Shown: positions 18,302 through 30,684 of the stretch, one piece after another
Layout: each line of letters opens with the position of its first letter
Numbering within the stretch: position 1 is the stretch's first letter
Assembly (NCBI GenBank): GCA_965198365.1
Contig: OZ240617.1
Span: 10,102-74,101, forward strand
Source of the DNA: Candidatus Aldehydirespiratoraceae bacterium
GTDB lineage: Bacteria > Actinomycetota > Acidimicrobiia > Acidimicrobiales > Aldehydirespiratoraceae
DNA length: 64,000 nt
Direction: 5' to 3'
Made by a program: the position numbers and the translations under genes
Notes under the pieces: model-generated
Databases searched by the model: none
What the model was told of the DNA's origin: nothing
What the model saw: only the letters and a program-made list of their open reading frames with translations

Positions 18302-20167
18302 ATGACCGCGTCGAGTCCGTTCCAGGTAATGCACTCGATGAGCGCGGATCGCTCCGGGATCGAAGGCAAGCAACTCAACAAGGACACGCGGCGCCGCGTG
18401 CTTGCGTTCGCCCGCCCATACCGAGGCGCCATCTTCGTCTACCTGTCGATCATTGTGCTGACGACTTTCCTCGGGCTGCTGCCGCCGCTGTTGATCCGCA
18501 AGATCTTCGACGTGGCAATTGTCGACAGCAACGGCCGCTATCTCAACGTGCTCTTCGTTGTGATGGTGAGCGCGGCGGTGGCCGAGGCTCTGTTGTCACT
18601 GGTGGATCGCTGGCTCAGTTCACGGATCGGCGAGGGACTGATCTTCGACTTGCGGGTGCGCCTGTTCGATCACGTTCAGCGAATGCCCCTGGCCTTTTTC
18701 ACCCGCACCCAGACCGGCACACTCATAAGCCGCCTCAACAATGATGTGATCGGCGCGCAGCGTGCCTTCACCGGCACTTTGGGCACAGTTGTCGGCAACC
18801 TGATCACGCTCACCGGCACGTTGCTCGCCATGCTGATCCTGGAATGGCGACTAACTCTGCTGGCCATCATCATCCTGCCGGTTTTCGTGCTGCCGGCTCG
18901 CCGGGTCGGTGCCAGCCTGCAAGACATCACCCGCGAGTCGATGACTGTCAACGCGTCAATGAACAACACCATGACCGAGCGGTTCAATGTCGCCGGTGCC
19001 CTGCTCGTCAAACTCTTCGGGCGTCACGGTGCCGAAGCCGCAGATTTCTCGGACCGGGCGGGTCGGGTGCGCGACATCGGTGTGCGCAGCGCCATGTACA
19101 GCCGCATATTTTTGGTGGCGTTGACAATGGTTGGGGCGGTCGGCACGGCGATCGTCTACTGGCTTGGCGCACATCTCGTCATCGACGAGGCCATCACCAT
19201 CGGTACTCTCACCGCCCTGGGTCTCTACACCGTGCGCATCTATATGCCTCTAACCAGTCTGTCCAATGCTCGGGTGGATGTGATGACCGCTTTTGTGAGC
19301 TTTGAGCGGGTGTTTGAAGTTCTCGACGCTCCCAACGCCATCGTCGATGCTCCAGATGCCACGGAGTTGGTCAACCCACAAGGCGAGGTGCGGTTCGATC
19401 ATGTGTATTTCCGTTACCCCGACCCTCCCGAGGGGACACCGGCATCGCTTGGGGGCGACGAATCGACTGCTTCGATCGGCGATGTGTTGAGCGACATCGA
19501 CCTGACCGTGGCCCCTGGCCAGATGGTCGCCATTGTTGGGCCGTCGGGGTCCGGGAAGACCACGCTCACCTCGCTTGTTCCCCGCCTCTACGACGTGACC
19601 ACCGGAGCAATCAGAGTCGACGGCCATGATGTGCGTTCACTCACCCAAGATTCTCTGCGGCGCGCTATCGGGGTCGTGAGCCAGGACCCGCACCTGTTCC
19701 ACGACACGGTCGGAATGAATCTGCGTTATGCCGACACCGAAGCGACCCAAGCTGAGATCGAGGCGGCGTGTCGCGCAGCCCGGATCCATTATGTGATCGC
19801 GGCTCTTCCTGACGGCTACGACACAATCGTGGGCGAACGCGGTTATCGGCTTTCCGGAGGCGAAAAACAACGCTTGGCGATCGCTCGAATGCTGCTTAAG
19901 AACCCGGCGATCGTTGTGCTCGATGAGGCAACCAGCCATCTCGACACCGAGAACGAGGCTTACGTGCAGGAGGCGCTGGCCAACGCTTTGGCCGGTCGCA
20001 CATCGCTGGTGATCGCCCATCGCCTGTCGACCATCACCGACGCCGACATCATCGTCGTGCTCGACAACGGCCGGGTAGTCGAAACCGGCACCCACGACGA
20101 ACTACGGCACCGCGGCGGTCTCTACGAAGAACTCTACGAAGCTCTGGTCCGCGCAGATCACGCCTAG
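18302..20167 (+). CDS. ABC exporter, fused permease/ATP-binding
   Basis: TM domain, then GPSGSGKT, LSGGEKQR, LDEATSHLD. Confidence 0.92.
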   Translation: MTASSPFQVMHSMSADRSGIEGKQLNKDTRRRVLAFARPYRGAIFVYLSIIVLTTFLGLLPPLLIRKIFDVAIVDSNGRYLNVLFVVMVSAAVAEALLSLVDRWLSSRIGEGLIFDLRVRLFDHVQRMPLAFFTRTQTGTLISRLNNDVIGAQRAFTGTLGTVVGNLITLTGTLLAMLILEWRLTLLAIIILPVFVLPARRVGASLQDITRESMTVNASMNNTMTERFNVAGALLVKLFGRHGAEAADFSDRAGRVRDIGVRSAMYSRIFLVALTMVGAVGTAIVYWLGAHLVIDEAITIGTLTALGLYTVRIYMPLTSLSNARVDVMTAFVSFERVFEVLDAPNAIVDAPDATELVNPQGEVRFDHVYFRYPDPPEGTPASLGGDESTASIGDVLSDIDLTVAPGQMVAIVGPSGSGKTTLTSLVPRLYDVTTGAIRVDGHDVRSLTQDSLRRAIGVVSQDPHLFHDTVGMNLRYADTEATQAEIEAACRAARIHYVIAALPDGYDTIVGERGYRLSGGEKQRLAIARMLLKNPAIVVLDEATSHLDTENEAYVQEALANALAGRTSLVIAHRLSTITDADIIVVLDNGRVVETGTHDELRHRGGLYEELYEALVRADHA

Positions 20168-20242
20168 CGGCCTGCTAGCGGCTTCGGTCACCACGGAAAT
20201 CCTGCGGCTCATGGCAGCACGAGCCCCGTAGGCTTGTAGCTC

Positions 20243-21466
20243 GTGCATATCGAAGCCGACGCTGACAATTCAAGCGAAACCGTTCTGGTGAGGATCACCG
20301 GGCCTGACCACCCGGGGGTAACCGCCGGGCTGATGAGTGTTCTCGCCGACGCCGGCGCCGAGGTGTACGACATCGAGCAGATAGTGATCCGCGACCAACT
20401 CACGCTCGGTTTAGCGGTGGGGGTGCCTCAGGGGCGTGACCTGCTTAAGGACGTGTTGCTGTTTGGTTGGGAACAGGGCATGGAGGTCGATTTCGATCTG
20501 GTGTCGAACACGCCGTCCTCGCAGCTACCGGGCACTGTCGTCACCCTCCTTGGACCAGACCTCAACCCGACCGAAATCGGTGCGGCCGCCACCGCGATCG
20601 CTGACGCCGGCGCCAACATCGAGCGCATTATCCGGCTTTCGCGTTTCCCTGTGATGAGCTACGAGTTGCTTGTTCGCGATGGCGATGTCGGGAAGCTCCG
20701 TTCCAATCTCATGCATACCGCCGCGGCGCATCCCAATATGGATATCGCTATCCAGCGCGAGGGAATCGGGCGTCGAGCCAAGCGGCTGATCGTGCTTGAC
20801 GTTGATTCCACAATCATCGGCGACGAAGTAATTGATCTGCTGGCTGCTGAGGCGGGCTGCCTCGCTGAGGTTCAGCAGATCACCTCCGACGCAATGGCGG
20901 GCGCGCTTGACTTCGAGTCTTCGCTGCGCACGCGAGTAAGGCTCCTGGCCGGGCTCGATGAGGATGCGGTGGCGCGCGCGCACAGCAACCTCCGTTACAC
21001 CCCCGGTACCCGCACCTTTGTCCGTACTCTGCAACGTTTGGGGTACACCGTGGCGATCGTGTCGGGGGGGTTCACGGTTTTCACCGACCGGATCGCTGAG
21101 GACTTGCGGCTTCACCATGCCTACGCCAACGTGCTCGAATTTGTTGACGGGAAGCTGACTGGCGAACTTGTCGGCCCGATTGTCGACCGTGAACGCAAAG
21201 CGGCTTTGCTGCGAGAGATTGCGGCGACAGACAACGTTCCGCTGTCACAGACGGTGGCCGTCGGCGATGGCGCCAACGATCTTGACATGCTCAGCGAAGC
21301 CGGGCTCGGTATCGCTTTCAACGCCAAGCCGATCGTTTCCGAAGCGGCTGACACGGCCCTTTCGGTGCCTTTCCTCGACGCCATTCTGTTTGTTCTCGGC
21401 ATCCGCCGCGAAGACGTTGAGGCCGCCGATCGCAGCGACAACAACGGTAACGGCGACCTCGCCTGA
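20243..21466 (+). CDS. serB: Phosphoserine phosphatase with ACT domains
   Basis: GPDHPGV ACT domain, DVDST HAD motif, VSGGF, GDGANDL. Confidence 0.93.
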   Translation: MHIEADADNSSETVLVRITGPDHPGVTAGLMSVLADAGAEVYDIEQIVIRDQLTLGLAVGVPQGRDLLKDVLLFGWEQGMEVDFDLVSNTPSSQLPGTVVTLLGPDLNPTEIGAAATAIADAGANIERIIRLSRFPVMSYELLVRDGDVGKLRSNLMHTAAAHPNMDIAIQREGIGRRAKRLIVLDVDSTIIGDEVIDLLAAEAGCLAEVQQITSDAMAGALDFESSLRTRVRLLAGLDEDAVARAHSNLRYTPGTRTFVRTLQRLGYTVAIVSGGFTVFTDRIAEDLRLHHAYANVLEFVDGKLTGELVGPIVDRERKAALLREIAATDNVPLSQTVAVGDGANDLDMLSEAGLGIAFNAKPIVSEAADTALSVPFLDAILFVLGIRREDVEAADRSDNNGNGDLA

Positions 21467-21527
21467 TTTCTTCGCGCATCTGATTGTCGACGCGTCACTG
21501 TCACTTGGGGGGAGTACGGTCGGCGGG

Positions 21528-22907
21528 GTGAATCAGGGGACTTTGACGGTTGCTGAACTCTGCTCGCTCATTCGTGCGGTTATTGAGCAGACCATGCCCG
21601 ACGATGTGTGGGTGGAGGGCGAGATAAGCGGCATTCACCGGGCCCGCAATGGCCATGTTTATTTCGACCTGGTCGAGCCTGGTGAAGGTCCTGGGGCTGC
21701 GCCTGTCGCAACCATGCCTGTGGTTCTGTTTCGAGAGACCCGTGACCGGGTCAACCGGCTGTTGAAACGGCATGGCGACCCGATTCGCATGAGCGATGGT
21801 GTCTCTGTTCGCATACAGGGTCGGGTTGATTACTACCCGCCTTCGGGGCGGGTGCAGCTCCGTATGTCGTCCATCGACCCGACCTACACCTTGGGCAAAC
21901 TGGCTGCCAGCAAAGATGCACTATTGGCTGACCTGTCAGCTGAGGGAATCCTGCGGGCTAATGCGGCACGGTTGTTGGCGCCGGTTCCGCTTCGTGTTGG
22001 CTTGGTGACTTCTATCGGCAGCGCCGCCCACGCCGACATTTCTGCGGTGTTTGAAGGGGCGGGCTTCGCGTTCACTGTCGTGGAGGTCGACACGCCGGTG
22101 CAGGGGGTGGGTGCTGAGGTGCCGGTCGCCGCCGCGATCCGTGCCGCGGATTCTGCCGGGGTCGATGTGTTGCTCGTGGCTCGCGGCGGGGGTTCCAAGA
22201 CCGATCTCGCGGTTTTCGATCACGAGTGGGTCGCCCGGGCGATCGCTTCCGCGGAGGTGCCTGTCGTCACGGGCATCGGCCACGATATCGACCGCAGCGT
22301 TGCCGACGAGGTTGCTCATACTGCGACCACAACGCCAACCGCGGCTGCCCAGTTTGTTGTGGGGAGGGTTCAGCTTTGGCTTGACCGGCTGGACGATCAC
22401 GAGAATTCGTTGGTTGCTGCTGGACGACGGGCGGTTCAAAGAGCCGATCAGCGTGTCGAGACGGTTAGAAGCGGAGTGGCTGCATCAACCGCCAACGTTT
22501 TGGACCGCGGTGACCGGTTGTTGACGGCTCGTTGCGGTCGATTGGTGAGAACGGCGCGTTCGGTGGAGCGACGAGCTGTCGGCCAAATTGCTCAGGGGGT
22601 TGCTCGCCTTGAGGTTGCGCAACGGCATGGCTTGATCACTGCTAGTAGGCGGGTTGATGCGGCGGCAGCTCAAGTGCGTGCTCTCGACCCGGCTTTGGCG
22701 TTGGCGCGGGGCTGGTCGATCACTCGAGATGCCGACGGGCGGGTTGTGCGCTCAGCGTCTGGCGTCGAGTCGGGCGACATCGTGACCACGCAGCTAGTAG
22801 ACGGCACGTTCACAAGTACGATCACTGCGGCAACGGACCACGCGCGAACAAACGACACAAGTCCACAACAAAACACCAAGAGCGGGACATCAGAGGAGGC
22901 CACATGA
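21528..22907 (+). CDS. xseA: Exodeoxyribonuclease VII large subunit
   Basis: VWVEGEIS..GHVYF, ARGGGS, GIGHDID..DEVA..TPT, LARGWS; start inferred at GTG 21528. Confidence 0.92.
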   Translation: MNQGTLTVAELCSLIRAVIEQTMPDDVWVEGEISGIHRARNGHVYFDLVEPGEGPGAAPVATMPVVLFRETRDRVNRLLKRHGDPIRMSDGVSVRIQGRVDYYPPSGRVQLRMSSIDPTYTLGKLAASKDALLADLSAEGILRANAARLLAPVPLRVGLVTSIGSAAHADISAVFEGAGFAFTVVEVDTPVQGVGAEVPVAAAIRAADSAGVDVLLVARGGGSKTDLAVFDHEWVARAIASAEVPVVTGIGHDIDRSVADEVAHTATTTPTAAAQFVVGRVQLWLDRLDDHENSLVAAGRRAVQRADQRVETVRSGVAASTANVLDRGDRLLTARCGRLVRTARSVERRAVGQIAQGVARLEVAQRHGLITASRRVDAAAAQVRALDPALALARGWSITRDADGRVVRSASGVESGDIVTTQLVDGTFTSTITAATDHARTNDTSPQQNTKSGTSEEAT

Positions 22908-23182
22908 ACGACAATCAGGCTGAAAACGGCGACGACGCGAACAGCGACGAGTCAATCGGTTACGCGGATGCCATGGCGGAACTTGAACAAATCCTGCGTG
23001 ATCTTGAGGGCGACGACCTAGATGTCGACATGCTGGCCGCTCGCGTGGAACGTGCCTCTTTCCTTATCGGCCTCTGCCGCAAACGCATCGGTGCGGCCCG
23101 AGTGCAGGTCGAACGAGTTGTCGCCAACCTCGACAGCGAAGACGAGGCTGAGACCGATGCCGAGGACGACGACCTGTCGTGA
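22904..23182 (+). CDS. xseB: Exodeoxyribonuclease VII small subunit
   Basis: YADAMAELEQILRDLE..LDVD..C..RI; overlaps xseA. Confidence 0.9.
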   Translation: MNDNQAENGDDANSDESIGYADAMAELEQILRDLEGDDLDVDMLAARVERASFLIGLCRKRIGAARVQVERVVANLDSEDEAETDAEDDDLS

Positions 23183-24237
23183 AACCTCCGCCGCCGCAAC
23201 TCTTGGCCGTCGCAACCAAGGTTGACGCAGCGCTGAGTTCCCTGTTTGTCGAAGAACGCAAGACTTGGGCCGAGCTCAACCCAGCGTTGGATGTGCCGCT
23301 GGCCGATCTTGCTGATTTCGTGGCGAGCGGAGGCAAACGAATCCGTCCTGCGTATTGCCATTGGGGTTGGGTGACCGCTGGTGGCGATCCGTCTGGTGAC
23401 GGTGCAGTTGCGGGAGGGTGCGCTCTGGAACTGCTCCATGCCTTCGCGTTGATCCACGACGATGTGATGGACGGATCTTCAACACGCCGATCCTCGCCAA
23501 CCGTGTGGGCCCGCTACCTGGAACGCCACCACGACGGCTCCTTGCGGGGCGAGGCAAGACGTTTCGCTGAGGCCGCGGCTGTCCTGGTGGGCGACATAGC
23601 CATCGTCATGGCCGACCGAACCTTGGGGAACACCACCGCTGAGGTGCGTCGAGTTTGGGACGCGTTACGCACTGAGCTGAACATGGGACAGTACCTCGAC
23701 GTGATCGGCACCGCTCAAGGTGGGGTTTCTGTCGCCGATGCCCGCACCATTGTGCGCCACAAAACTGCCGGTTACACGATCGTTCGTCCCCTCCAACTCG
23801 GAGCGGCGCTGGCCGGTCGAGCCGATTTGGCTGCAAAGTTGTCCGCCCACGGGATGCCGCTCGGTGTGGCGTTCCAGTTGCGTGACGACATGCTCGGCGC
23901 GTTCGGCGAACCGGACCGTACGGGCAAACCGGTCGGTGATGATCTTCGCGAAGGTAAACCGACCGTTTTGTTGGCGTTGGCTCGTGAGGCAGCCAGTGAC
24001 TCACAACGCGCCGTGCTCGCCACGGTGCGCGCCAACGGCGGGCCTGAGGTGAGCGATGACAACATTGCGGCTATCCAGGAGGTGATGGTCGAAACGGGAG
24101 CGGTGGCAGCCGTCGAAGCCGAAATCGATCAACTGTTGGCCAGTGCTCTCGAAGCGATCGACGATCTTCCTGATATCAACGGCAGTCATGCGGCCCTTCG
24201 TGCACTGGCCGACTATGTGGTCGACCGCGACACCTGA
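23179..24237 (+). CDS. Polyprenyl (GGPP-type) synthetase
   Basis: GGKRIRP, LIHDDVMD..RR, GQYLD, KTA, FQLRDD, GDDLREGK. Confidence 0.92.
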   Translation: MKPPPPQLLAVATKVDAALSSLFVEERKTWAELNPALDVPLADLADFVASGGKRIRPAYCHWGWVTAGGDPSGDGAVAGGCALELLHAFALIHDDVMDGSSTRRSSPTVWARYLERHHDGSLRGEARRFAEAAAVLVGDIAIVMADRTLGNTTAEVRRVWDALRTELNMGQYLDVIGTAQGGVSVADARTIVRHKTAGYTIVRPLQLGAALAGRADLAAKLSAHGMPLGVAFQLRDDMLGAFGEPDRTGKPVGDDLREGKPTVLLALAREAASDSQRAVLATVRANGGPEVSDDNIAAIQEVMVETGAVAAVEAEIDQLLASALEAIDDLPDINGSHAALRALADYVVDRDT

Positions 24238-24288
24238 ACGACCCGCACGACCTGCAGCAAGACTAGCCAACGGTCTTAGCCTGTAACG

Positions 24289-25866
24289 GTGGCTGATCTT
24301 GAGACCGAAGCGCAGCGTCGCAGGACGTTCGCCATCATCTCGCACCCCGACGCGGGTAAAACCACACTGACAGAGAAGTTCCTTCTGTACGGGGGCGTTC
24401 TCACGGCCGGTGCGGGTGCTGTCAGAGCCAAAGGCACGCACCGTTCCACAACCTCGGACTGGATGGAGCTGGAACAGCAACGCGGTATCTCCATCAGCTC
24501 AACAGTGTTGCAGTTCCCCTATCGAGACTGTGTTCTCAACCTGCTCGATACCCCCGGCCACCGTGATTTCTCCGAAGACACATACCGGGTTTTGGCCGCC
24601 ACCGACGCAGCCATCATGGTTCTCGACGGCTCAAAAGGCATCGAGAACCAGACCCGCAAGCTGTTCGAGGTATGCCGCGACCGAGAAATCCCGATCGTCA
24701 CGTTCATCAACAAATGGGACCGTCCAAGCCGAGACCCGCTGGGTCTGCTCGATGAGATTGAGGAGCAGTTGATCCTCGAACCGGTCCCGATCACCTGGCC
24801 GGTTGGAGATGGCGAACGGTTCCGGGGATTGATCGACCGCCAAAGCGGCGATTTCTTGCGTTTCACACGCACCGCCAGAGGCGCTACAGAAGCCCCAGAA
24901 GAACTCGTCGACTCTAACAGGGCAGCCCAAGAGGAAGGCGATCTCTGGATCGAGGCGCGAGACGGTGTTGAACTTCTTGATTCGGTCGGACGTGACTACG
25001 AGGCGAAGCTGTTTGAATCAGGCGAGTTGTCGCCCGTCTTCTTTGGGTCGGCGCTCACCAACTTTGGGGTCAGATTGCTCCTTGACGCGATGGTCGATCT
25101 GGTTCCGTCGCCAACTCCGCGTAACGACAAGGCCGGTGAACCTCGTGCCCTTGCTGATCCGTTCTCAGCGATCGTGTTCAAAGTGCAGGCCAACACGGAT
25201 CGCAACCATCGTGACCGAATGGCTTTCATGCGGGTCTGTTCGGGGCGCTTTGAGCGGGGCATGGTTGTCACGCACGGCCCCACCGGCAAACCTTTCGCCA
25301 CAAAGTACGCCCAATCGGTGACTGGTCGTGACCGCGAGACTGTCGAAGAGGCATACCCGGGTGACGTGGTCGGTCTGGTCAACGCCAACGAGTTTCGGGT
25401 CGGTGATGCGGTCTACGTTGATTCTCCGGTCCGCTGGCCTGACATGCCGGCATTCGCGCCCTCACATTTTCGGATGGCACGCACCCTCGACACTTCCAAA
25501 GCCAAACAATTTCGCCGAGGCATCAGCCAGCTCGACGAAGAGGGCGTGGTTCAAGTCCTGCGGGAACCCGAAGTTGGCGATCAGGCGCCGATCCTCGCCG
25601 CGGTTGGTCCGTTGCAGTTCGACGTCGCGACTCATCGCCTCGAAAACGAGTTTGGTGCGCCCGTTGAGTTGAACCGGTGCTCATGGACCACCGCACGTAT
25701 CACCGATGAAACGTCGGCTCTCAAGCTTCGCCGAATGAGCGGTGTAACCGTGGCGAACCGAGCAGACGGTGAACTTCTGGCCCTGTTTGAGAGCCCCTAT
25801 TGGCTCCAGCGTCTTGAGGCGGACCAACCTGAGCTGACGCTAACGAGACTTATTGCCGAGGGCTGA
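24289..25866 (+). CDS. prfC: Peptide chain release factor 3
   Basis: RRTFAIISHPDAGKTTLTEK, SDWM..EQQRGIS, DTPGH, NKWD, GPLQFDV. Confidence 0.95.
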   Translation: MADLETEAQRRRTFAIISHPDAGKTTLTEKFLLYGGVLTAGAGAVRAKGTHRSTTSDWMELEQQRGISISSTVLQFPYRDCVLNLLDTPGHRDFSEDTYRVLAATDAAIMVLDGSKGIENQTRKLFEVCRDREIPIVTFINKWDRPSRDPLGLLDEIEEQLILEPVPITWPVGDGERFRGLIDRQSGDFLRFTRTARGATEAPEELVDSNRAAQEEGDLWIEARDGVELLDSVGRDYEAKLFESGELSPVFFGSALTNFGVRLLLDAMVDLVPSPTPRNDKAGEPRALADPFSAIVFKVQANTDRNHRDRMAFMRVCSGRFERGMVVTHGPTGKPFATKYAQSVTGRDRETVEEAYPGDVVGLVNANEFRVGDAVYVDSPVRWPDMPAFAPSHFRMARTLDTSKAKQFRRGISQLDEEGVVQVLREPEVGDQAPILAAVGPLQFDVATHRLENEFGAPVELNRCSWTTARITDETSALKLRRMSGVTVANRADGELLALFESPYWLQRLEADQPELTLTRLIAEG

Positions 25867-25880
25867 TCTATGGTGCTGGC

Positions 25881-26078
25881 ATGAGAATCACCTTGGACAG
25901 CGATGCGTGTCAGGGACACAATCGCTGCTACATGCTCGCCCCGGAGCTGTTCGACACCGACGATGAGGGCTACGCCGTTTTGCGCATCGAAGGCGAGATT
26001 CCAAAAGAACTCGAAGAGAAGGCAATGTTGGCAGTCGACAACTGCCCCGAGTTCGCGATTGCGGTCGCCGACGACTGA
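25881..26078 (+). CDS. Ferredoxin (3Fe-4S type)
   Basis: CQGHNRC..APELF..CPE.AI. Confidence 0.9.
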   Translation: MRITLDSDACQGHNRCYMLAPELFDTDDEGYAVLRIEGEIPKELEEKAMLAVDNCPEFAIAVADD

Positions 26079-26143
26079 CCGTCGCCACAGGCGTTCACCC
26101 CCCTGCGTTCACTCCAATGGGGTTGATCACGTACGCTGCGAAC

Positions 26144-27181
26144 GTGCGTATCCACAAGTTCACGTCCACCGATGCCTTCGTGGCTATCGACCTCGTTGGA
26201 GCGGAGACTTCGTCGGGTCCGGTTCGTTGGGCTCGCAGGGTGCTCCAAGGGGGCGCCAAGGATCTGGCACGATCGCAGACCTATTCATATGCGGTTCTCA
26301 ACATGCGTCATGGTGGGGCCTCCGCGGGGATCAGCGCGCAAGGCCCGAAGCGCAGCGAAGCGATTGCCGCGTTCGTGGCTGAGGCGGCTGAGTTGGTCGA
26401 GTACGGCACCTACCTGCCCGACGCTGCCAAGGGCGTCGGCGAAGCCGATCTCGCACCGCTGCGTGCTAATGATCCCCGCGATACCACGCGGCTGGTGGGC
26501 AACAGATCAACGTTCGCTGACCAGTGCGAGGGTTTGTCAGCGGCGGTGTGCGCTCAGCACAGCGTGGGCGATCTTTCGGGCCGGTCGGTTTCAATCGAGG
26601 GGTTCAACGCCAACGGGCCGGCGTTGGCCGCGGCTGTGATTGAGCGGGGGGCCACCGTTGGCGCTGTCGCCACGAGCGTCGGCACTGTCAGTTCCAGTTC
26701 TGGCTTCGATGCGCAGACCTTGGCCGATGCCTGGGCTGCACGCGGGGCTGATCTGGTCAATGAGCTGGGCGTTGTCGGCAGTCCAGCCGATGTGTTTGCT
26801 TCCGAAGCTGCCGTGTTCTTTGTGGGTTCCAAAATGGGCGCTGTCAACCACGAGATCGCCGCTCAGATCCAGGGTGCCGCAGCGGTGGTTGCGTGTGGGC
26901 GTACCCCTGTCACCGCTCGGGCTCTCGCCGTGTTGCGGCGCGGCGGTGTGGCGGTTCCCGCGGATTTTGTCGCTCTCGCCGGTTCAGCCCTTGCCCTTTG
27001 GGGGGACCCGGCCCGTTCAGATGCCGAGGTTCTCGACGCTGTGGCTGAAACCGTCGGCGTTCTGAGCAGCGAGTTCGCGGTTGATCCCGACGGGCCGTTT
27101 CTGGCTGCGTGCCGTGCCGCTGAGTCCTACCTGTTGACTTGGCAGGACGAGCTGCCATTCGGTCGACCCCTGGCTCCTTAG
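26144..27181 (+). CDS. Glu/Leu/Phe/Val dehydrogenase-like protein (divergent)
   Basis: FVAID..G.VR..LARS.TY..GGA, LSGRSVSIEGF Rossmann-like region, VPADFVALAG; canonical lysines absent. Confidence 0.6.
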   Translation: MRIHKFTSTDAFVAIDLVGAETSSGPVRWARRVLQGGAKDLARSQTYSYAVLNMRHGGASAGISAQGPKRSEAIAAFVAEAAELVEYGTYLPDAAKGVGEADLAPLRANDPRDTTRLVGNRSTFADQCEGLSAAVCAQHSVGDLSGRSVSIEGFNANGPALAAAVIERGATVGAVATSVGTVSSSSGFDAQTLADAWAARGADLVNELGVVGSPADVFASEAAVFFVGSKMGAVNHEIAAQIQGAAAVVACGRTPVTARALAVLRRGGVAVPADFVALAGSALALWGDPARSDAEVLDAVAETVGVLSSEFAVDPDGPFLAACRAAESYLLTWQDELPFGRPLAP

Positions 27182-27403
27182 ACCCACCCATCCTGCGCCC
27201 AAGTGGAGAGCTACCCGGCAAGGCCCGGTCCCATTGCACAAGCCTGCGGGTGCTGCCGCCAACGAACAGGTCCGCGAGTTTTTGCCAAGAAGACGCTACG
27301 CTCGCACGGTTTGTGAATACAACTCGTTACACCACTGTATTTTCGATACCTCTCGCCTCTTACCGAATGGCGGGATTGCGCCTGCCGAAAGGGCCCAGTA
27401 GTC

Positions 27404-29533
<2,130 letters not shown>

Positions 29534-29538
29534 GCTGA

Positions 29539-29715
29539 CTAGCCCACTTTAGCGGCTCGCCGCACCATCATCCGCATAGCCTCGATCTCGGTTCTGGCTC
29601 GACGTGCTGGGGTCCGAGTGTGTTGGAACAGGGCGTCTCGAACTTCGGCTTTGGTCCAGCCCGCGTCGGCGAAAGTTCGGGCCGGCATCGGCGACAGCAC
29701 CAAGACGGGGCGGCG
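29539..29715 (-). pseudogene. Chimeric remnant: acyl-CoA dehydrogenase fragment joined to an unrelated gene fragment
   Basis: ARTEIEAMRMMVRRAAK matches ARTEIEAMRMMVLRAAK of the gene at 42646-43947; preceded by unrelated PVLVLSP..ARTFADAGWTKAEVRDALF. Confidence 0.65.
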
Positions 29716-29759
29716 GGCCCGCTCCGGGTGGGCGGGCAGCCTTACGCTAGTATCGGCCG

Positions 29760-30545
29760 ATGACCCAATCCCAGACATCTGATGTGTTCGCTGTGCGGGG
29801 CCGCCAGATCGTCGTCGTCGGCGGGACCTCGGGTATCGGCGCGGCCGTCGCAGAATACCTGGCCGATGCCGGCGCCGAGGTGACGATCACTGGTCGGCGG
29901 GCCAGCGGCCAGGCCACCGCGGAGCGGATCGGGGCCCGTTTCACAACCATGGATGTAGCCGACAACCAGTCGGTCCGAGACAGCTTCACAGAGCTCTCCG
30001 CCACCCCGATCGACTGCTTGATCCTCAATGCCGGTATCAAGGAGGAGCACGGGGAGATAGTCGATCTCGATCTTGGTGTGTTCGAGCGGATGATCGAGGT
30101 GAACACCGTGGGGACTGCTCGGGCGCTGGCTGCCGGGGTCGGCGCTATGCGGCCGGGCGGGTCGGTGGTGGTGACCACCTCACCGGCCGGTTCCATCACC
30201 TTGCCCGGGTTGGCGGCGTACTCTGCCTCCAAGGCAGCCCTCGACATGCTTGTGCGCACATGGGCGCTGGAACTGGGCCCGAGGGGGATCCGGGTCAACG
30301 CAGTGCTGCCGGGGATCGTGGAGAGCGAGATGGCTGCGGCGGGAAGCGACGAGGTGGAGACCGTGCGGCGCATGACCGCCAACGGGGTGTTCCGCCAACC
30401 CAACGAGATGGGGCCGGTGTTCCAGTTCTTGGCCAGCGACGCCAGCGCCACCCTCACCGGGTCGCAGGTAGGCGCCCACGATGGCATCTCGGTGGGCTAC
30501 AGCGCCGAGGTCATGTCGCTCATAAGCGCCGAAATCACCGTCTGA
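29760..30545 (+). CDS. SDR-family oxidoreductase
   Basis: GGTSGIG, NAG, YSASK, IRVNAVLPG. Confidence 0.92.
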   Translation: MTQSQTSDVFAVRGRQIVVVGGTSGIGAAVAEYLADAGAEVTITGRRASGQATAERIGARFTTMDVADNQSVRDSFTELSATPIDCLILNAGIKEEHGEIVDLDLGVFERMIEVNTVGTARALAAGVGAMRPGGSVVVTTSPAGSITLPGLAAYSASKAALDMLVRTWALELGPRGIRVNAVLPGIVESEMAAAGSDEVETVRRMTANGVFRQPNEMGPVFQFLASDASATLTGSQVGAHDGISVGYSAEVMSLISAEITV

Positions 30546-30591
30546 CCCACCGAAGGGCGCACAGCCTGGCCCAGTCGGAGTCGGCGCACCC

Positions 30592-30657
30592 TTGACAATC
30601 CTGCGAACAAGTGCTTAGAGTGATGCACAATTGTACATTCAATAGAGCGAATGTTCA
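30592..30657 (+). promoter_or_regulatory. Sigma70-type promoter with three 20-bp-spaced palindromic operator-like boxes
   Basis: TTGACA at 30592, TAGAGT at 30616; boxes cgaacaagtgctta (30604), tgcacaattgtaca (30624), agagcgaatgttca (30644). Confidence 0.65.
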
Positions 30658-30684
30658 TCGAATATTCGCAGAAGGGGGATCGGG

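Noticed and set aside
21168-21527. Long N-terminal extensions in the ORF track (xseA; also 34080, 36004, 45189, 50571, 51965, 59304)
   Set aside because: They overlap upstream genes or precede the recognisable family N-terminus; starts were moved downstream.
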